A DNA stretch of 64,000 bases from Candidatus Thorarchaeota archaeon. GTDB taxonomy: Archaea; Asgardarchaeota; Thorarchaeia; Thorarchaeales; Thorarchaeaceae. The stretch spans positions 32,001 through 96,000 of the forward strand of contig CAVSBO010000003.1 of assembly GCA_963726195.1 (NCBI GenBank), given 5' to 3'. The translations under genes and the position numbers were made by a program. Below, piece after piece: positions 62,047 through 64,000 of the stretch (position 1 is its first letter; every line of letters starts with the position of its first letter). The notes beneath the pieces are model-generated. The model had not been told where the DNA came from, searched no databases, and worked only from the letters and a program-made list of their open reading frames with translations.

Positions 62047-62712
62047 GTGTTTGAATGCTGTAACCTAAAGTTTTCAGAACTGAAGCATAAGTCTGTCTAC
62101 AGTTCTGACGGGAAGAAAGTTGGCAGGGTAATCGACTTCATATTCCGATTTGCGGATAACAAAATAGCGTTGAAGTCTGTGGTTCTTGGCGGCAGTCATC
62201 TTGAAGAATTCCTAGAAGACGCTCATGTGATTCCCGACAGGGACCCCGTATTTCAGCTCGATTGCATCGACAAGATAACTGACCGTATCTATCTGAAGAC
62301 GGCGTGCAGCTCCCTCCAGACGACGCTTGACACCGGAACCATAACCTCTGAAGACATGAAGCTCACGAAGCTCGCGAAGCTCCAAGTCATAGACTCAGAC
62401 AATGTCAAGATAGGCAATGTAATTGACGTCTGGTTCGATACGGCGAACAAGATCTGGCTTGTGCTGGGCGGAGGCTTTGTCGAGGAGACCCTCGAGAGGA
62501 TTGGAACACGTCCCAATATCGACTTTCTGGTTCCCGAGGATTTCATCGCAAGCATATCTCCGAAGCAGATTAAGCTGAAATGGACGAAGTTCCAGCTAAG
62601 TGCGACGAGTGAACGCGAGTACGAGAAGCTCAAAAGAGAAATCAGTTCGAGAGATGAAGTTGGTGACGCTAGAGGGCCTCAGCTGAGGCTCACCGGAGCT
62701 CCTCCGAGATGA
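62047..62712 (+). CDS. Tandem PRC-barrel domain protein
   Basis: Two repeats: SELKHKSVYSSDGKKVGRVIDF and TKLAKLQVIDSDNVKIGNVIDVWFD. Confidence 0.8.
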   Translation: MFECCNLKFSELKHKSVYSSDGKKVGRVIDFIFRFADNKIALKSVVLGGSHLEEFLEDAHVIPDRDPVFQLDCIDKITDRIYLKTACSSLQTTLDTGTITSEDMKLTKLAKLQVIDSDNVKIGNVIDVWFDTANKIWLVLGGGFVEETLERIGTRPNIDFLVPEDFIASISPKQIKLKWTKFQLSATSEREYEKLKREISSRDEVGDARGPQLRLTGAPPR

Positions 62713-62776
62713 TTTGTCTAGTCCTTAGTTCGACGATTGTTCACCTATGTCAAACCCGGCGTACCGAGGTCGATTA

Positions 62777-63982
62777 CTAGAAGTCTTCTGTTAGATGAGG
62801 CAGCTGCTTGGGAAACCAGCTACGCAAGAGCTGGATATGATCTTCAGAGCCTGATTTCAGCCAACCGTAGTCCACAAGATCATTCGGGTCAAGCGAACCG
62901 TAGCAAAGAGCCGTTAATCCCTCGATACTTAGTTCGGTTCTTGTTGAAGTGTTCCCTGCCTGCGTCGCCGTCAAAACGCGGCCATCACACTCAATCTGGA
63001 ACGTTTGACTGTTCCACGAGCATTGTGCGTCTCTTACTTTGACCGCGATTCGTCCTTTCTGGCTCGCTGGCAAACCGTGAAGGCACTTTTCGACATCTAT
63101 GATTCTTGCCATGGGTGTGTGCGTTGACCTGACCAGCACTGCCTTTTTCGTGAAGTTCTCAACCCAGAGATAGTAATCTTCGTCTCTTGGACTAAGTGGA
63201 ATCCGAACAACCACAAGCTGATCAGAGTGAAGGTAAATGTAGTTGAACAGGGCAGCCCGAGCATTTCGATTCAGCCAGTATGCTTCTATGATGCTCATTG
63301 TACCTGGCTTGTCTGGGGTCCAGATTTCTCCGTAGCCTTGGGCCTTGTACCACATGCCTGCCTCAGGCTCACCATTCGGACCGTATACAACTGCTATTTC
63401 GTCCTTGTTTAGTATCTCGAGCTCCTGCCAACGTCTGTCGTCTCTGCGAACTCCTCCGTGAATCAATTGCACGGCCTTTTCATGGACTCTCCTGTACTCT
63501 TTGACCCCGGGTGAAAAGGCCAACCTTTCGACGCGATAACCGCTCGGCAGGGTCCATCTGGAAAACATGGAAGGATCCGCTTCGAGTCTCCTGTTCGGCG
63601 GGAGAGTAACATAGCCGAATCTTGCATAGAACGAGTTCTTGAATGGCCACAGCGTGCTCGTCGCCATCCCATCCTTCTGCATCGATTCCATAACTTGGCC
63701 AAGCAGGGTTCTTATCTGCCCTCGACGTCGGGCCTCGGGTGCGCTAGCGACATCCCCGATGCAACCCATCAGTTTCCACGCCCCACGGATATTCTGTTCA
63801 AGATGGTAAACATGCAACGCCGCAGTTACTCGACCGTTCTCTTCTACAACATGAGACTGGTCATATCCGAATTCCACAATTTTCTGCGATAATGCCAATT
63901 TGGTTTCAGACTGGCCATATGCATATCGCGATAGCTCGACTATTGCACTGATGTCGTCCGCCGTTGCTCGTCTCACTTTCAA
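62777..63982 (-). CDS. eis: Eis-family GNAT acetyltransferase with an SCP2-like C-terminus
   Basis: IGDVASAPEARRRG, LWPF..SFYARFGY, MARIIDV, WN, L..LCYG, terminal EDF. Confidence 0.85.
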   Translation of the reverse strand: MKVRRATADDISAIVELSRYAYGQSETKLALSQKIVEFGYDQSHVVEENGRVTAALHVYHLEQNIRGAWKLMGCIGDVASAPEARRRGQIRTLLGQVMESMQKDGMATSTLWPFKNSFYARFGYVTLPPNRRLEADPSMFSRWTLPSGYRVERLAFSPGVKEYRRVHEKAVQLIHGGVRRDDRRWQELEILNKDEIAVVYGPNGEPEAGMWYKAQGYGEIWTPDKPGTMSIIEAYWLNRNARAALFNYIYLHSDQLVVVRIPLSPRDEDYYLWVENFTKKAVLVRSTHTPMARIIDVEKCLHGLPASQKGRIAVKVRDAQCSWNSQTFQIECDGRVLTATQAGNTSTRTELSIEGLTALCYGSLDPNDLVDYGWLKSGSEDHIQLLRSWFPKQLPHLTEDF

Positions 63983-64000
63983 GACCCATCGCCCCTTCCT

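Noticed and set aside
40772-63982. Antibiotic-resistance island (DrrAB-like, RPH-like, Eis-like, MBL)
   Set aside because: The genes are scattered over 23 kb among unrelated genes, belong to broad families with many non-resistance members, and have no mobility genes nearby.
1-64000. tRNA/rRNA genes, IS elements, integrases or prophage
   Set aside because: I recognised no cloverleaf or rRNA signature in the short intergenic gaps and no transposase, integrase or capsid motifs. A covariance-model search would be needed to exclude small RNAs.

Overview
A gene-dense (~50% GC) archaeal chromosomal segment that looks like an Asgard archaeon, most likely Thorarchaeia. This is inferred from Rab-like GTPases, many longin/roadblock proteins, a gelsolin-like protein and Ig-like surface glycoproteins. 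Housekeeping and metabolic genes include asnS, apt, an acyl-CoA ligase, a geranylgeranyl reductase, GDPD, FrhB-like, ribA, a THEP1 NTPase, an MBL hydrolase, an Eis acetyltransferase and ABC/MFS transporters. Several unexplained modules sit among them. (1) A duplicated cassette of small Zn protein + longin protein + ~14-TM membrane protein, translationally coupled to a Rab-like GTPase (32.0-37.0 kb). (2) Two longin/winged-helix proteins reminiscent of NPRL2/NPRL3, in an operon with a MinD/ParA ATPase and flanked by an MFS-HhH fusion and a longin-TackOD1 protein (21.6-27.4 kb). (3) Five paralogous membrane-anchored Zn-ribbon/B-box proteins (37.8-43.3 kb). (4) An orphan NurA-HerA pair. (5) A glycogen-debranching-enzyme homologue with a rewritten active site. 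About 16 single-base frameshifts split otherwise intact genes, and nearly all map to the tetramer AGCT. That points to basecalling errors at a methylated motif, not to real pseudogenes. I saw no rRNA, tRNA, CRISPR array or transposase. All family calls come from motif recognition by eye; no database search was run.
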